In this document: piece by piece, positions 1 to 11,100 of the stretch
How positions within the stretch are numbered: the first letter of the stretch is position 1
Layout of the letters: each line of letters begins with the position of its first letter
IMG/VR virus record: IMGVR_UViG_3300025112_005926
Length of the DNA: 20,000 bases
Reading direction: 5' to 3' (one strand)
From: an uncultured virus (IMG/VR IMGVR_UViG_3300025112_005926)
Taxonomy: Duplodnaviria > Heunggongvirae > Uroviricota > Caudoviricetes
Translations under genes and position numbers: made by a program
The notes under the pieces: generated by a model
Seen by the model: only the letters and a program-made list of their open reading frames with translations
Databases searched by the model: none
Told to the model about the DNA's origin: nothing

Positions 1-1
1 C

Positions 2-3000
2 CTCGCATTGCATTGGGATTTTGGCAATGTAACGGGATCTTCTTCTGACTCTGCCGCCACAACAACATCAGATTCTATTTTCTGGGTGCATGATGTTTCT
101 TCTGGATCGTCAACGGATGCCAGCAGATATCGATGGCTTGGTAATATTATCAATAACCAGCACTCTGCCAAGGGAGACAAATTCCTTCCACCGGAAAGTG
201 GCGACTTAAATCCCGTTTCGAAAGAATATATAGACGCAGCTAGGCAGCAATTACCAGAAATCATTAACTCGTCAGATGCTGTTCAAATATTGACAACAGA
301 TGATGACAAATTTACTAGAGAACATCGCATTACTAATCATTTCTGGGCAGTTGAAAAATCAATGTATCAGGTTATTTCGGAAGAAATGATTAATATATTT
401 GCCACCATCATTGATTTTAACAACTTAATCGGAGCCCCAGTTAATAGGTATCGACAAGAATACAAGGATCTAGAAAAGCTAAGGCAACTGTGGTATGAAA
501 GAGTAAGAAATACTCCTGACTTAGATAAGTTCTTGAACTTCTATAAGTGGATTGATTCTGCTATTTCTGAGATAATAATACAATTGGTTCCTGCCTCTGC
601 AAATATTGCTCCTGAAATAAGAAACATGATTGAAAGTCATGTATTGGAAAGAAGCAAATACCAAACTAAGTTCCCAACAGTTGAATTCAAGGTCGGAGAT
701 CCAGAAGCCCGCTTGTTTGGCGTAACCGAGTTGGCGTATAGTTGGAAGTATGGTCATGCCCCCCTAGATGGCACCAGCGAAGGCACAAACGCCATGTGGT
801 GGAAGAAAAGAGCAGAGCGCACAAAGGCTCAAATCTCAGCCTCAGCGCTAGGAGTTAATGCTGACAGAGACAACCTTCTCTTGAAAATTGAGTCGCACAG
901 ATCCAGTTCTGGTCATCAAGTTGCCACTGCCAAAAATGGCACAGCTTATTCGTCTTCGATACACGCGCTGAGAAGGTTTACCAAGCCATACATTTTTGAT
1001 GTCAACGAATCAAGACAAATTCATGGCGGAGTTAACTTCGCGCCAAACAAAAAGATAGGCTTCGCCGATGCCGCCGCAAGACCACACGGAGAACTGTATG
1101 ACAAGAATATACTCAGAGTGTATTCGTCAGATGTCTATTCTCTTAAGGGGATCGATGATGTTCTGGAGCCAAAATTCCTCGAAAGCACCACCGACGAATC
1201 AGCAAAAGAATATAAGAAGCTTGATTTTAAAGTAACCCACGGGAGAGATGGCACGGAGGGCTATTCGTCAGGCAAGGGTTCTTTGATGTTCCCAGGCAAT
1301 ATAGTAAGCTCGTCAGTCGATTCGGGATATGTAAGCCACTTTAGATCAGCCGTAGCCGATGGGCAAATAACTAATATTCATAATGATGTTTATGGAGATG
1401 GAAATGAAGTTCCAATGCAAGGCCCGTTTACTGAGAAGTTCGTTGGAGGTAGGCAACATCGACATGTCGAAGTTAATTATCAGGGCACCTCAAAAGCACT
1501 AGATGCCATAACCACTCGCCCTGAAGCATGGAGAATGCATGTCAACACGGCAGACGCATGTTTAGTTATCTCAGGTTCTGACATGTCACCAGCGGCATCA
1601 TATCCAGATCAAAGCAAGCCGCTAGCAATTCGTTTCCGCGACGAGACAGCAAAACGACCGGTCAATATTCGAAACATTCGAATGATGACGGGCTCTTCGG
1701 ATGATGCCGCACCAACCGGATCAATTACAAGAATAGGAAACTTTACAAAGAATTATGAAGTTGTGCATACTGTCGGTCAGACGCAAAACAATCCATATTT
1801 TAAAGAGAACGAGGGAGTGTCGCTGCCAACAAGAATCCATATATCTACGAAAGATAATCTTCCCGCAACAACGAATGTGCACACCATGGTCGGCGTAGCT
1901 GCCAACATAGCATCTTCAGGCAACTTGATTGGCCCCAATCAAAACGCCGCAGGAGACTCTATGTTGTTTGATGCTGCCGGCATGACGAATAGGGTGGATA
2001 TCACTGCTGACGATGACTATAAGACAATCTTCGCCCTGCCTCGCCGAGATCTGACGGGATCAGACAGCGTGATTGTATCTAGATTCTCCGCTCCTGGCTC
2101 CACCGAAGTCATGACTAGGGGATATCTTGATATCGCAGCAGAAGAATATTCTCCCTATAATGCTCTTCCGTTCCGGAACCTTTCGGTTAGAGGCTCAGGA
2201 AGCGGTGAGGCGAACAATGTTCGAAGTGATGATCATTTGGGAACACCAGGATCCACAGTTGGCAACGGTAATCGCCATGGCTTAAGAACTCACTTAACAA
2301 GGTATGCAGGCCTGTTTGGTCATGACAGCATTTATGGATCCGTACCAGAGAGCACATATGTTACTCAACCTTCGTATCACAAGATAAATAGAAATGCACA
2401 ACTTAGGATAGAGCGTACAAGTATACATGGTGCTCTCGCGACTGCATCATCATACGATAACTGGTGGGTTCAGCACCAAATTCCTCGGTCCGCGATAAAC
2501 TATTCTTGGGTTAGTTCGTCTTTGAATATTAAGAATGATTACTTTGGATATTCTACAGTAGATGGAGAGATCTCCGGAGCCGCAAGCGGAAGAGAATCTG
2601 CTTTGTTAATCCTTTCGGCGAGCGAATATAAATTCCGTTTCCCGGATTCGAACGGTCACGACTATGTGTCTGCCAGTTTAAATCTCAACACTTATGTTTA
2701 TGAACCAATTACTAGTTCAACTAATACTTTGGGCTATGACGGCCTCGCGACGAAGTATTCCTTGGGTGTATACGAAAACGAGAGCATTACGACATTGCCG
2801 GATGCATTGGATCCTGAATATGTTGGATTCAATGCTCTCCTTTGGCGACGACAGGGCCCATATGGATATCCTTCTTGGCGCCAAATAAGAGGCGGTGAGC
2901 ACCCAGTTGCCCGGTATCAGAAAAAGAATAATATTTTCTCTATAGTGTCATCACCCGCTGAACCAATTTTATCTCCATCTGGTTCTGGAGAACTAAGGTC

Positions 3001-6000
3001 GTCAGCAAGATACGGAGCCCTCAGCGTCTTTGAAAATGTATCACCCATCACAAATAAGTATACTCCCATCACTCACAAGCTTGTGATCGAATCAACAGTC
3101 GTTGATGCTTTTGGCTCTAGAAATTTAACAACTCCAACCTTGAACTTCAAGGCCACTTATGGTAATAATTTAGGATACTTTGAAAATGTAAATATTGATA
3201 ATGCTGCCGATCTTGGAAGTGGAAGAGATATTTTGACCCCTCACAATGAGTTGCTGGCTCTCTATGGAAATGGCGCACTGGGAACGGATGCCACTCCAAT
3301 AAAAGGATTTACTTCTGTAACATATAAGGAGTCAATATACCCGTGTGGAGAAAACATATATACTGATCGCATAAGAAAAAGAAATGCTTATACCAGTAGT
3401 GTTTGGTTAGATCTGCGAGCATCTAGAGATTCCTTGAATGATGACGGACATGGCAGAAATGAGAACTCAGCCGGTAGAATGGTTAGTCAAAGCTCTTGGC
3501 CTCTCGATGCAAGAACTAATTTTCAGACAACCGCTCAAACATGGACTTATCCAAACTCCGATAACGGTCAAGAAGGTGAGCTTCAAAACAATTATACAAC
3601 ATGGCACGGCAGGATCGGTGGCGCTCTACGCACCGGTTTTGAATACACAAGAAATACTGTTATCGCCGCCAGCGTTACAGCTTCGGCAGTTTTTTCAAGA
3701 AGACACACTTTAAATTCCACCGCATCCGTCGTCGCCCCAACTGGAATTCAGATCCCAGAGACTGGCGCAGCCGGGTTAGCGCCGACACATATCCTATGGG
3801 CTGGATTTTCCAGACCAGGTCACGGCGCCGCAAAATGGCAAGCAGCAGAATTAGCTGGTAGAATACACTCTCCGGCTGGAGAGGAAAGCACTTGGCAAAC
3901 AACGGCCAGTAATCCGTGGTATAATAGTTATGATGATTATAATGAAGAACTAAGATTGGCAGCAAAAGATTATCAAGTGGTACCAGAATTTAGGATCAGC
4001 GATCATTTATCATATTGGATAAATCAACATGGCGCCGACTTCTTACAAGAGAGAACCAAGTGGTTGCAGATGATCGGTTCCCCGCCGGGAACTTCAAACG
4101 AGCCACAGAATAGTTCTGTTGATGATTTCTTCAAAATATATACAAATACCGATTTTATGAAGCATTTCCGGCCGTTGCAGGATGATCTTCGCAACATCGC
4201 GTCACCGTCTAAATTGACGCTTACTTGTCAGGCTGCAATCAAGTTTTTGCCTTATGATGGATTTTATCCCGCTGAACGAGCGCTCGCCTTAGCCGGCCAA
4301 TTCTCTAGTTCTTATGCCCCGCATATGTCATATAGTTATGGGCCAATCGGTGCGGCTGGAAACACAAAGAGGCAGGGGTATGATGCGGCAGTCTGGAGAA
4401 CGATGTTAGATAAGGTCTTCGCGCCTGGCATTTTCATGAATTCTATTAAATCTGGCTTGGCTGTTGATTATCCAATAATGTTAACAGCTTCAAAAATACA
4501 GCCTATCATGGCTGGCATGCATACCACTGACTATTGGGCACTCGGCATGCCAGGTGCCGGAACCGATTATGATCTAGATCATGCTCGCGAACGAGGAGTT
4601 TGCTATCCTCTTCGTTATCCTTGGAATCACGACGGTGCACCAGAAAAGCGGTTCGCTGACTTTCTTGCTGGAATTTGGGATGGGGCGTCTGCGAATAACC
4701 GAGATGTTTGGGGAGTTGAAAGACTTCCTCCTGCCGGCGCCTACGAGAACTTTGGCAAATGGGATTATAGAATTCCGTTTGAAGCGATAATAGAGCCAGA
4801 AAAATATTTGGCAAACATAGATCTGTTTGATCATGAGCCGAACCCTAGTGCTTCTCTTGGCACAAGCTCCGTCGATGGAGGAACCAAAGGTGCCCACTTC
4901 CCAGCGAAGGGAGTTTGGAGTGGCAATGGCGACAATCTTTATAGGATGATGGCACATAACTTCTTGGCAGAGGTGCCTGAATTCTTTTTGCCAAAGGGAC
5001 AATTTAGTACAATCTCTTCTGCGCCAGAAGATGAATTGAATTTGGTAGTTAAAAGCGGCTCTGTTTACGCAGCCAGGCTCAAGCTTAGAAGGAGTATGAA
5101 TGACTCCCGTGATTGGTCAAATGATAGTGGAAGAAATGGTTTAAAAGTGGTCGACCTATATAGGGATGGGGGTTATGAACTCCCACAGGATCCTCATAGC
5201 CAGCCAGGTCTTCAAGAAACCTTTACCATGTATAGTCGCCCGACAGCTTTCGGGCCTCCTTGTTGGGGAAGAATTCATCAAAAATTATATGCATCCGGAA
5301 ATGCAGACTATGGAGTCGGCGGCGTTTTTGCTGAAATGAAGAATTTCCACAGCCAGTCAATTAGTGGAACATTCTGGGGAACTCTTGATAGCCTTGAAGG
5401 ATACAATTGGTCATTCACTCCCCCATATTATCATGGCGAGGCATGGGTCGACCTAGTGTTCAAGCCACAAATAGATCAGACCACCAACCAGCTAACCAAA
5501 AAGTATACTTTAAAAGAAATCATGGAAGAAACGAATGCAATATATTGGCGAGTCGATGCCGGCATTCAGAATCCGACAGCATCACAAGCGACTTCCGAAT
5601 TTGACGCTCCATCGACACAGCCAGCTTACCCCGTATTTGTTTGGAATGGATATCATAGTTCTTCTCTATATGCCGGTCAAAATGTTAATGACAATGCGAT
5701 GCAGGTAGACGCATCTCTTAACATATTTGGACTGGCAAGCATTCCAAAGATTGAGACTTTAACAAATATGTCAACCGGTGATGTGTCAGCGACAACCGCC
5801 GGAAAGACGCACGCCTGGAAGATTCAGCCAAAGTTTGAGACACCAATGTTTAACTTTGGATCGGATGACAATGCGCTTCGACAACTTTCCTCTGCCAGTT
5901 CCGACGCTCCTTTAATGATTTCCGATGTCAACGGTTCGGAATCCATTCCACGGGGCATGTGGCATCAATTTGGTTATATGCCAAAAGACAACAGCAAGGG

Positions 6001-7060
6001 AATATTTATGGAAATTGGTGATATTCCAAAAAATTGGATCATGAATCATCCATGGGTATATGAGACAGATTACTATGCAAATCCGCCGGATCTTATCGAC
6101 TTCAATGAGGATGCATCCCCCGGCGGCAACACAGACACCACTCATCATGACAGCGCCATGTTCCACCGCTCAAACGCCTGGAAGAGAACAAAATCTTTAA
6201 CAGATCTCCTCGGGTTTGATTCAACCCCCGTTCGTCTTGGCGAGACAAGAATGAGAAAATATGTCAAAGAGGCTATTGTTGCTGTTCCGTTTGTAGAGGA
6301 AGATGGAATAAGAAACTTCTTTAAGCTCAATCCTGCCATGGTCAGAAACATATTGGATTCAACATCAAAGAAATCATTCGATGGCTCAGATGGTCCTTCA
6401 GAATCTGTTACGGAGCAAATTGATCGCATGAAAGATTATGTATTTCCTCCTAGTCTTGATTTCATCACTAACGAAGATATAGAGCCGATTGCAATGTATA
6501 TCTTTGAGTTTAAATATAAGTTTGATAAAAAGGATCTTTCTCACATCTGGCAGAATGTGGCACCCCCATCTTCTAAAAAGTTTGAACTTGCAAAGTCAAC
6601 CATTAGTCATTCTTTGCTTTCCAGAGAATTAATGGGGTTTGGAAATGTCGCCAATGGAGAAACTGGAATGAAAGACAAAGTTCAGTGGATGGTGTTTAAA
6701 GTAAAGCAGAGAGCAAATACAAATTATTTTAAGAAGACCATCAATAAAAATCCGGATCAGTCGACCATCAGAGAGAAATTCCCAGAACTTGTTAAATCTC
6801 CAACGCTTAATTTCGGAAATAATAATAGCGGATATAGTTATAACTGGCCGTATGACTATTTTTCAATAATCGAATCAGTAAAAATTGATGCAGAGGTAGA
6901 ATTTTCAAACCTACCGTCTGATGCGCTGACCATCGGAGGAACGAGCCAGATGACAGAACCTGTGACGAAAGTATCGACAAAATCATCAGGAATAACGGCA
7001 GACACTTTGGATTTGGAAACATTTGCAGGAATAGTTACAGAATTGGGGAAAACTGAATGA
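2..7060 (+). CDS. Giant putative virion structural protein (>2350 aa, 5'-truncated), possibly baseplate wedge/hub-like
   Basis: The frame is open from base 2 (ctc gca ttg cat tgg = LALHWDF), so the TTG at 8 is not a real start. The stop TGA overlaps the next ATG (ATGA 7057-7060). The protein is rich in S/T/G/N and aromatic residues and has no evident enzyme motif. A helical block at ~521-663 (DKFLNFYKWIDSAISEIIIQLVPASA...IESHVLERSKY) is reminiscent of baseplate wedge proteins (inference). The ORF is certain; the function is tentative. Confidence 0.7.
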   Translation, partial: LALHWDFGNVTGSSSDSAATTTSDSIFWVHDVSSGSSTDASRYRWLGNIINNQHSAKGDKFLPPESGDLNPVSKEYIDAARQQLPEIINSSDAVQILTTDDDKFTREHRITNHFWAVEKSMYQVISEEMINIFATIIDFNNLIGAPVNRYRQEYKDLEKLRQLWYERVRNTPDLDKFLNFYKWIDSAISEIIIQLVPASANIAPEIRNMIESHVLERSKYQTKFPTVEFKVGDPEARLFGVTELAYSWKYGHAPLDGTSEGTNAMWWKKRAERTKAQISASALGVNADRDNLLLKIESHRSSSGHQVATAKNGTAYSSSIHALRRFTKPYIFDVNESRQIHGGVNFAPNKKIGFADAAARPHGELYDKNILRVYSSDVYSLKGIDDVLEPKFLESTTDESAKEYKKLDFKVTHGRDGTEGYSSGKGSLMFPGNIVSSSVDSGYVSHFRSAVADGQITNIHNDVYGDGNEVPMQGPFTEKFVGGRQHRHVEVNYQGTSKALDAITTRPEAWRMHVNTADACLVISGSDMSPAASYPDQSKPLAIRFRDETAKRPVNIRNIRMMTGSSDDAAPTGSITRIGNFTKNYEVVHTVGQTQNNPYFKENEGVSLPTRIHISTKDNLPATTNVHTMVGVAANIASSGNLIGPNQNAAGDSMLFDAAGMTNRVDITADDDYKTIFALPRRDLTGSDSVIVSRFSAPGSTEVMTRGYLDIAAEEYSPYNALPFRNLSVRGSGSGEANNVRSDDHLGTPGSTVGNGNRHGLRTHLTRYAGLFGHDSIYGSVPESTYVTQPSYHKINRNAQLRIERTSIHGALATASSYDNWWVQHQIPRSAINYSWVSSSLNIKNDYFGYSTVDGEISGAASGRESALLILSASEYKFRFPDSNGHDYVSASLNLNTYVYEPITSSTNTLGYDGLATKYSLGVYENESITTLPDALDPEYVGFNALLWRRQGPYGYPSWRQIRGGEHPVARYQKKNNIFSIVSSPAEPILSPSGSGELRSSARYGALSVFENVSPITNKYTPITHKLVIESTVVDAFGSRNLTTPTLNFKATYGNNLGYFENVNIDNAADLGSGRDILTPHNELLALYGNGALGTDATPIKGFTSVTYKESIYPCGENIYTDRIRKRNAYTSSVWLDLRASRDSLNDDGHGRNENSAGRMVSQSSWPLDARTNFQTTAQTWTYPNSDNGQEGELQNNYTTWHGRIGGALRTGFEYTRNTVIAASVTASAVFSRRHTLNSTASVVAPTGIQIPETGAAGLAPTHILWAGFSRPGHGAAKWQAAELAGRIHSPAGEESTWQTTASNPWYNSYDDYNEELRLAAKDYQVVPEFRISDHLSYWINQHGADFLQERTKWLQMIGSPPGTSNEPQNSSVDDFFKIYTNTDFMKHFRPLQDDLRNIASPSKLTLTCQAAIKFLPYDGFYPAERALALAGQFSSSYAPHMSYSYGPIGAAGNTKRQGYDAAVWRTMLDKVFAPGIFMNSIKSGLAVDYPIMLTASKIQPIMAGMHTTDYWALGMPGAGTDYDLDHARERGVCYPLRYPWNHDGAPEKRFADFLAGIWDGASANNRDVWGVERLPPAGAYENFGKWDYRIPFEAIIEPEKYLANIDLFDHEPNPSASLGTSSVDGGTKGAHFPAKGVWSGNGDNLYRMMAHNFLAEVPEFFLPKGQFSTISSAPEDELNLVVKSGSVYAARLKLRRSMNDSRDWSNDSGRNGLKVVDLYRDGGYELPQDPHSQPGLQETFTMYSRPTAFGPPCWGRIHQKLYASGNADYGVGGVFAEMKNFHSQSISGTFWGTLDSLEGYNWSFTPPYYHGEAWVDLVFKPQIDQTTNQLTKKYTLKEIMEETNAIYWRVDAGIQNPTASQATSEFDAPSTQPAYPVFVWNGYHSSSLYAGQNVNDNAMQVDASLNIFGLASIPKIETLTNMSTGDVSATTAGKTHAWKIQPKFETPMFNFGSDDNALRQLSSASSDAPLMISDVNGSESIPRGMWHQFGYMPKDNSKGIFMEIGDIPKNWIMNHPWVYETDYYANPPDLIDFNEDASPGGNTDTTHHDSAMFHRSNAWKRTKSLTDLLGFDSTPVRLGETRMRKYVKEAIVAVPFVEEDGIRNFFKLNPAMVRNILDSTSKKSFDGSDGPSESVTEQIDRMKDYVFPPSLDFITNEDIEPIAMYIFEFKYKFDKKDLSHIWQNVAPPSSKKFELAKSTISHSLLSRELMGFGNVANGETGMKDKVQWMVFKVKQRANTNYFKKTINKNPDQSTIREKFPELVKSPTLNFGNNNSGYSYNWPYDYFSIIESVKIDAEVEFSNLPSDALTIGGTSQMTEPVTKVSTKSSGITADTLDLETFAGIVTELGKTE

Positions 7061-8106
7061 GATTTTTCAATAAAAAAGAAGAAGTTTTAGATCTTCAGCT
7101 TACTCAGTATGGCAAGCATTTGTTGTCGCTGGGCAAGCTTAAGCCTGCTTACTATTCTTTCTTTGACAATAATATTATTTACGATTCTCAATACGGCGCT
7201 GGCCCAGAGTTGCCAAAGGATGCCGAGTCGAGGATCCAAGATGATACGCCATATTTGCGAACGCAACATGTGTTTAGTGGAATTGAAACGGAGATTCGGG
7301 CAATCGCGGAAGAAAATCAAGCAGACTACCTTGCTGGCAAAGTGATTAAGACCCAACCATCGCCAGAAAGGCATTATGCTTTGTCTGCTCCTATAGGAAA
7401 CATGACGATGACAACAAGTAGCGCACCTGCTTGGAATATATCATTTATGAAATCTGAACTATCAAGCTCTATAGAATATATGACAGGATCCCATGCGACA
7501 GTTAAAGTTCCACAGCTTGAAGTGGAAGTGAAATATAATGTTCACACGCAAGAAGAGGGAAATAACTTGCTCACAGAAGGTTTGGCATTAGACGATCCAA
7601 GTATAAAATATAGCGTATCTAACCGGTTTAGTGATGGGACTTTCTTTCTTGTTCTTGAGGATGAATTGCTAATAGATGTCTTCGAGGAGAATACCGACTT
7701 TGAAGAAGAGAATGTAGAAATTGAAATATACGAGATTGAAGAAAAGGATTATGGTGGCAAGATCTCGACGCCTGGATTGGAAACAACGACAGTTGTTGAA
7801 AATTTAAATCCACTTTACTTCATAAAAAGACCTGAGCCAATAAAAGATGATATTTTGCTAGATACAGTTCCTGCCACCGCCCTCACCGCACCGGATGCCA
7901 CTTACGCAGATTACTTTTTTGACATTAGAGTAGATCATCAAATCCCAGAGAATGATATATGTAAGGGCATACAGAAGCTCAAGAACAAGGGCACTGACGC
8001 TAGGCCAGACTACAACATAGAATGCCCTGATGAACTCAAGAAGGTACCATTTGATCTATATGCATCAAATGTAACAGATGAAGATATCGAGGAGTGCTCC
8101 GAGTAA
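7057..8106 (+). CDS. Putative virion structural protein, 349 aa, acidic; N-terminus paralogous to the 14672 protein
   Basis: ATGA coupling to the upstream gene. The N-terminus MRFFNKKEEVLDLQLTQYGKHLLSLGKLKPAYYSFFDNNIIYD carries an LTxxG+xxL motif like tail-fibre/baseplate-attachment N-termini. The C-terminal half is E/D-rich. Confidence 0.65.
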   Translation: MRFFNKKEEVLDLQLTQYGKHLLSLGKLKPAYYSFFDNNIIYDSQYGAGPELPKDAESRIQDDTPYLRTQHVFSGIETEIRAIAEENQADYLAGKVIKTQPSPERHYALSAPIGNMTMTTSSAPAWNISFMKSELSSSIEYMTGSHATVKVPQLEVEVKYNVHTQEEGNNLLTEGLALDDPSIKYSVSNRFSDGTFFLVLEDELLIDVFEENTDFEEENVEIEIYEIEEKDYGGKISTPGLETTTVVENLNPLYFIKRPEPIKDDILLDTVPATALTAPDATYADYFFDIRVDHQIPENDICKGIQKLKNKGTDARPDYNIECPDELKKVPFDLYASNVTDEDIEECSE

Positions 8107-11100
8107 TGTCATATCCTATAGTAGAAATAAAAAAAATAACAATCGACGAGGCATCAAATTTTCCACCCTCCACAGACCCTCATGCTAAAAACAGATCAAC
8201 CACGACCAGGAATGCTTATGGAAAAAGGAAAAATCGAAAACAAGCAGACCCCAGAGGAGGTTCCGGATCCGGTTCGAATGACACCGCACCGAAGAATTTT
8301 GCAGTATTACTAAAGCTGTCAATGACGGATTTCGTCGACTCAGACGGCGCAATGACTTGGTATGAAGATGATGACTTTGTTAAGTATCTTAGTCTTCAGG
8401 TTGTTCAAAGCATGGATCCCAAATTTACAGAAGCCATCAATACTGGCGCGATTAAATTGCTGGAATCTGAGATTACGAAGAAAGGGAACTTTAATCGTGA
8501 TAAGGTCACCATCTTCTCATTACCTCTACAGAATGCCAAACTTGGTCCGCTAATCAACCGGCAAGTCTTGATAAATCAAACAATACGATTTGATTTGCCA
8601 ACAGATTCTCCTGCGCACCTAGCTTATTTTGCAAATGTAGTTCTTGATGTCGACGCCATTGCTGCTGCAACAGGCGCAGACATGTCTTCCCGCGCCATTC
8701 GTGACTCTATCGGTGCATATACCACTGAAACTGTCTTTCACAACATGCAACAATCAAAAACTTCAACAACCTACACAGGCCCTGATGGCGTCAAGGTACC
8801 TGGTCAAGTTGGCATTATAGCCGGCAAATTTGTTTCTGCCACCGTTGTTGATGATGCAGAAATTGTTACAGATCTTCAGGGGATTTTGTCTGACTTTAGC
8901 TCCCCAACCTCAAATCTTGCTAAGAAATACCTCTTGGGCATTACTGTCATCACCACCTCCACCGCGGTGGATAAGCTGACCGATCTCTCTAGTGAGATTG
9001 CCGGCTGGCACGCTAGAGATGAAGAAAACGATGCCGGCCAGATCTATCTTGCCGCAAAAGAAGTTCACGACAAATACAGCGCTCTTGTTTCCGCCGCCCC
9101 GCTTTTGACACCAGTTGTGTCGACAAACAATATAATCACAAACAATATGGCAATTCAAATTATTAGCGAAGAAGACATCAATATTTTGTTTGATCCCAAC
9201 GCCGCTATCGACGACATTCTGGGTGTTAACACAACAGATACAACGCTTTCTTCCATGTTGAAAGAAAAGCAAGAAGTTGTCTATACCTTCTCTGATGCTT
9301 TTATATCAAGAGATGCAGAAGGTCACTGCCGCTTTATGTTTGTTATGAATCTTGCTGAACTAGTTGCTAGGAACTCTAAGTTTGGCAAGTTGCTACAAAA
9401 TTCAAATTCTGAGATACGAGAATTGCTACAATCATATACCAAACTCAAATCAATAACTATTTCCAGACATGAAGTTGGGGATGTCAATCATCCCGCTGCT
9501 CGTGAAATTGTAACAGGTGTGGATGTCGATGGCAAAATCTGCGGAGCACTAAGATATACATCATCAACCGACCGTGCGCACAAAATAGAAAGCACCAACG
9601 GTGGAATATTGAACAGTCTCAGCAAAATTCCTTTCGGCGGATCCGAGCCGCAATTTGTCTCTGAGCAGAATGAAATAGCATCTGGAGACATATTGGCAGG
9701 CTCAATATCAGAGATTTCAATTTTCCCGACTTCTTTGTCATCTGCTGCCAGCGTTGACTTGAGAAGCTTCAGTGTTCTTGACGCTTCTGTGTCACAAGAA
9801 AATTCTGGAGAATATGGATACAAGGTGACAGTAAACATTGAAGACAACATTGCAGATATTCTAACAATGAAGTTTTCAGATCTCCGCAAAGCAAGGAAAA
9901 CTTTAGAAGCATTTTATGGAGAATCTGTAAAGCCATGCAACTATGATAACGATCTGGAGGGATATACATCTTGGTATGTTGAAAATTTATATGAAAAATT
10001 TAATATAACTCCTGCCGCGTCTACATCTCTAGCTGTTGCAACCGCATTTGATGCCATCGATTTTAACGACAAACTTTCTAGTATAGTTTCTTCCGATTCG
10101 TCGGCTCTTGATGATGATCCTTTGTATCAAGCTGCTCTGGCAACTTATGCTGGATCCTATCAGCAAATCGCGCCCGGCGGCCGCCCTTTTCTTCTGCCCG
10201 CCAATCGCGGGCTAGCTTTGGAGAGGTATGCAGAGGGAACTTCTGCAACACCACTTGAACTCGACCCTCTCTATAATTCTGCGCTATCAGCATATACTCA
10301 TGGTAGCGATGGGGGCGCAGCGATAGAAGCATATAGCGCCCTTCCATCCCCAACAGCCTTCAGCCCTGGCGTCAAATCAGCCATGACCTCTGACACTTCC
10401 GCTGCCATCGATAGTTCTGGAACACAGGCTAGTCTAGCCATGGTTAGTCAGGCCATCGCTGGCACAGTCTCCAGTGCCCTAGCAGAAGCAGCAGAAGAAA
10501 CTGGAATATCAAAGGCGCCATGGATCACCCCGGTCGCCATATATGCAGAAGTTTTGAATATATTTTCTAATGTCAACGATTCAGCCGCGCTGGAAATGGC
10601 AACAGAGATGACAAAAAAGATTGATCCAGCCTCCGGCACACCTGACGGCATTTTAGAATGTATCAATATATTTCACACTCTCGAAAGTAAAATATCTAAT
10701 GTATTGAAAGGAGATGCATCTAACAACAATGCAGCTTCTGCAACAACGAGATCTTCCGCAGGTTCCGCCGGCTCCTCTTTGTCAAAAATCATTCGGGCTG
10801 AAAATACATTTTCTTCAACATTTGATGCTGCAATTGCAAAGAATAACGGCATGGATTATCTTGGTGCCAAGTCAACCGGCGTGTCTGGTTTACAAATTGT
10901 GACTTCTGGGCAGTATTTTTCTAGAATCACTGATGAGACAAATAAATATTTTGATACGCTTCCGACTTCTACATCCCCGCTGTCTAACATTGATTCTGTT
11001 GAATCATCATATCTATCTCCTGCTGAGATATTGATGCCTAATTTTTCTATCGACACATTGGCATCTCCGTGGTCGCCGACTCCCTATGTCGAGGCAGCAC

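Noticed and set aside
8..10. TTG start for the giant ORF
   Set aside because: The frame is open upstream to base 2 with no stop, so the gene begins outside the window.
8094..8105. GTG start for the 1367-aa ORF
   Set aside because: The GTG overlaps the SD-like GAGGAG itself. ATG 8106 has that SD upstream and forms a TAATG overlap with the previous stop.
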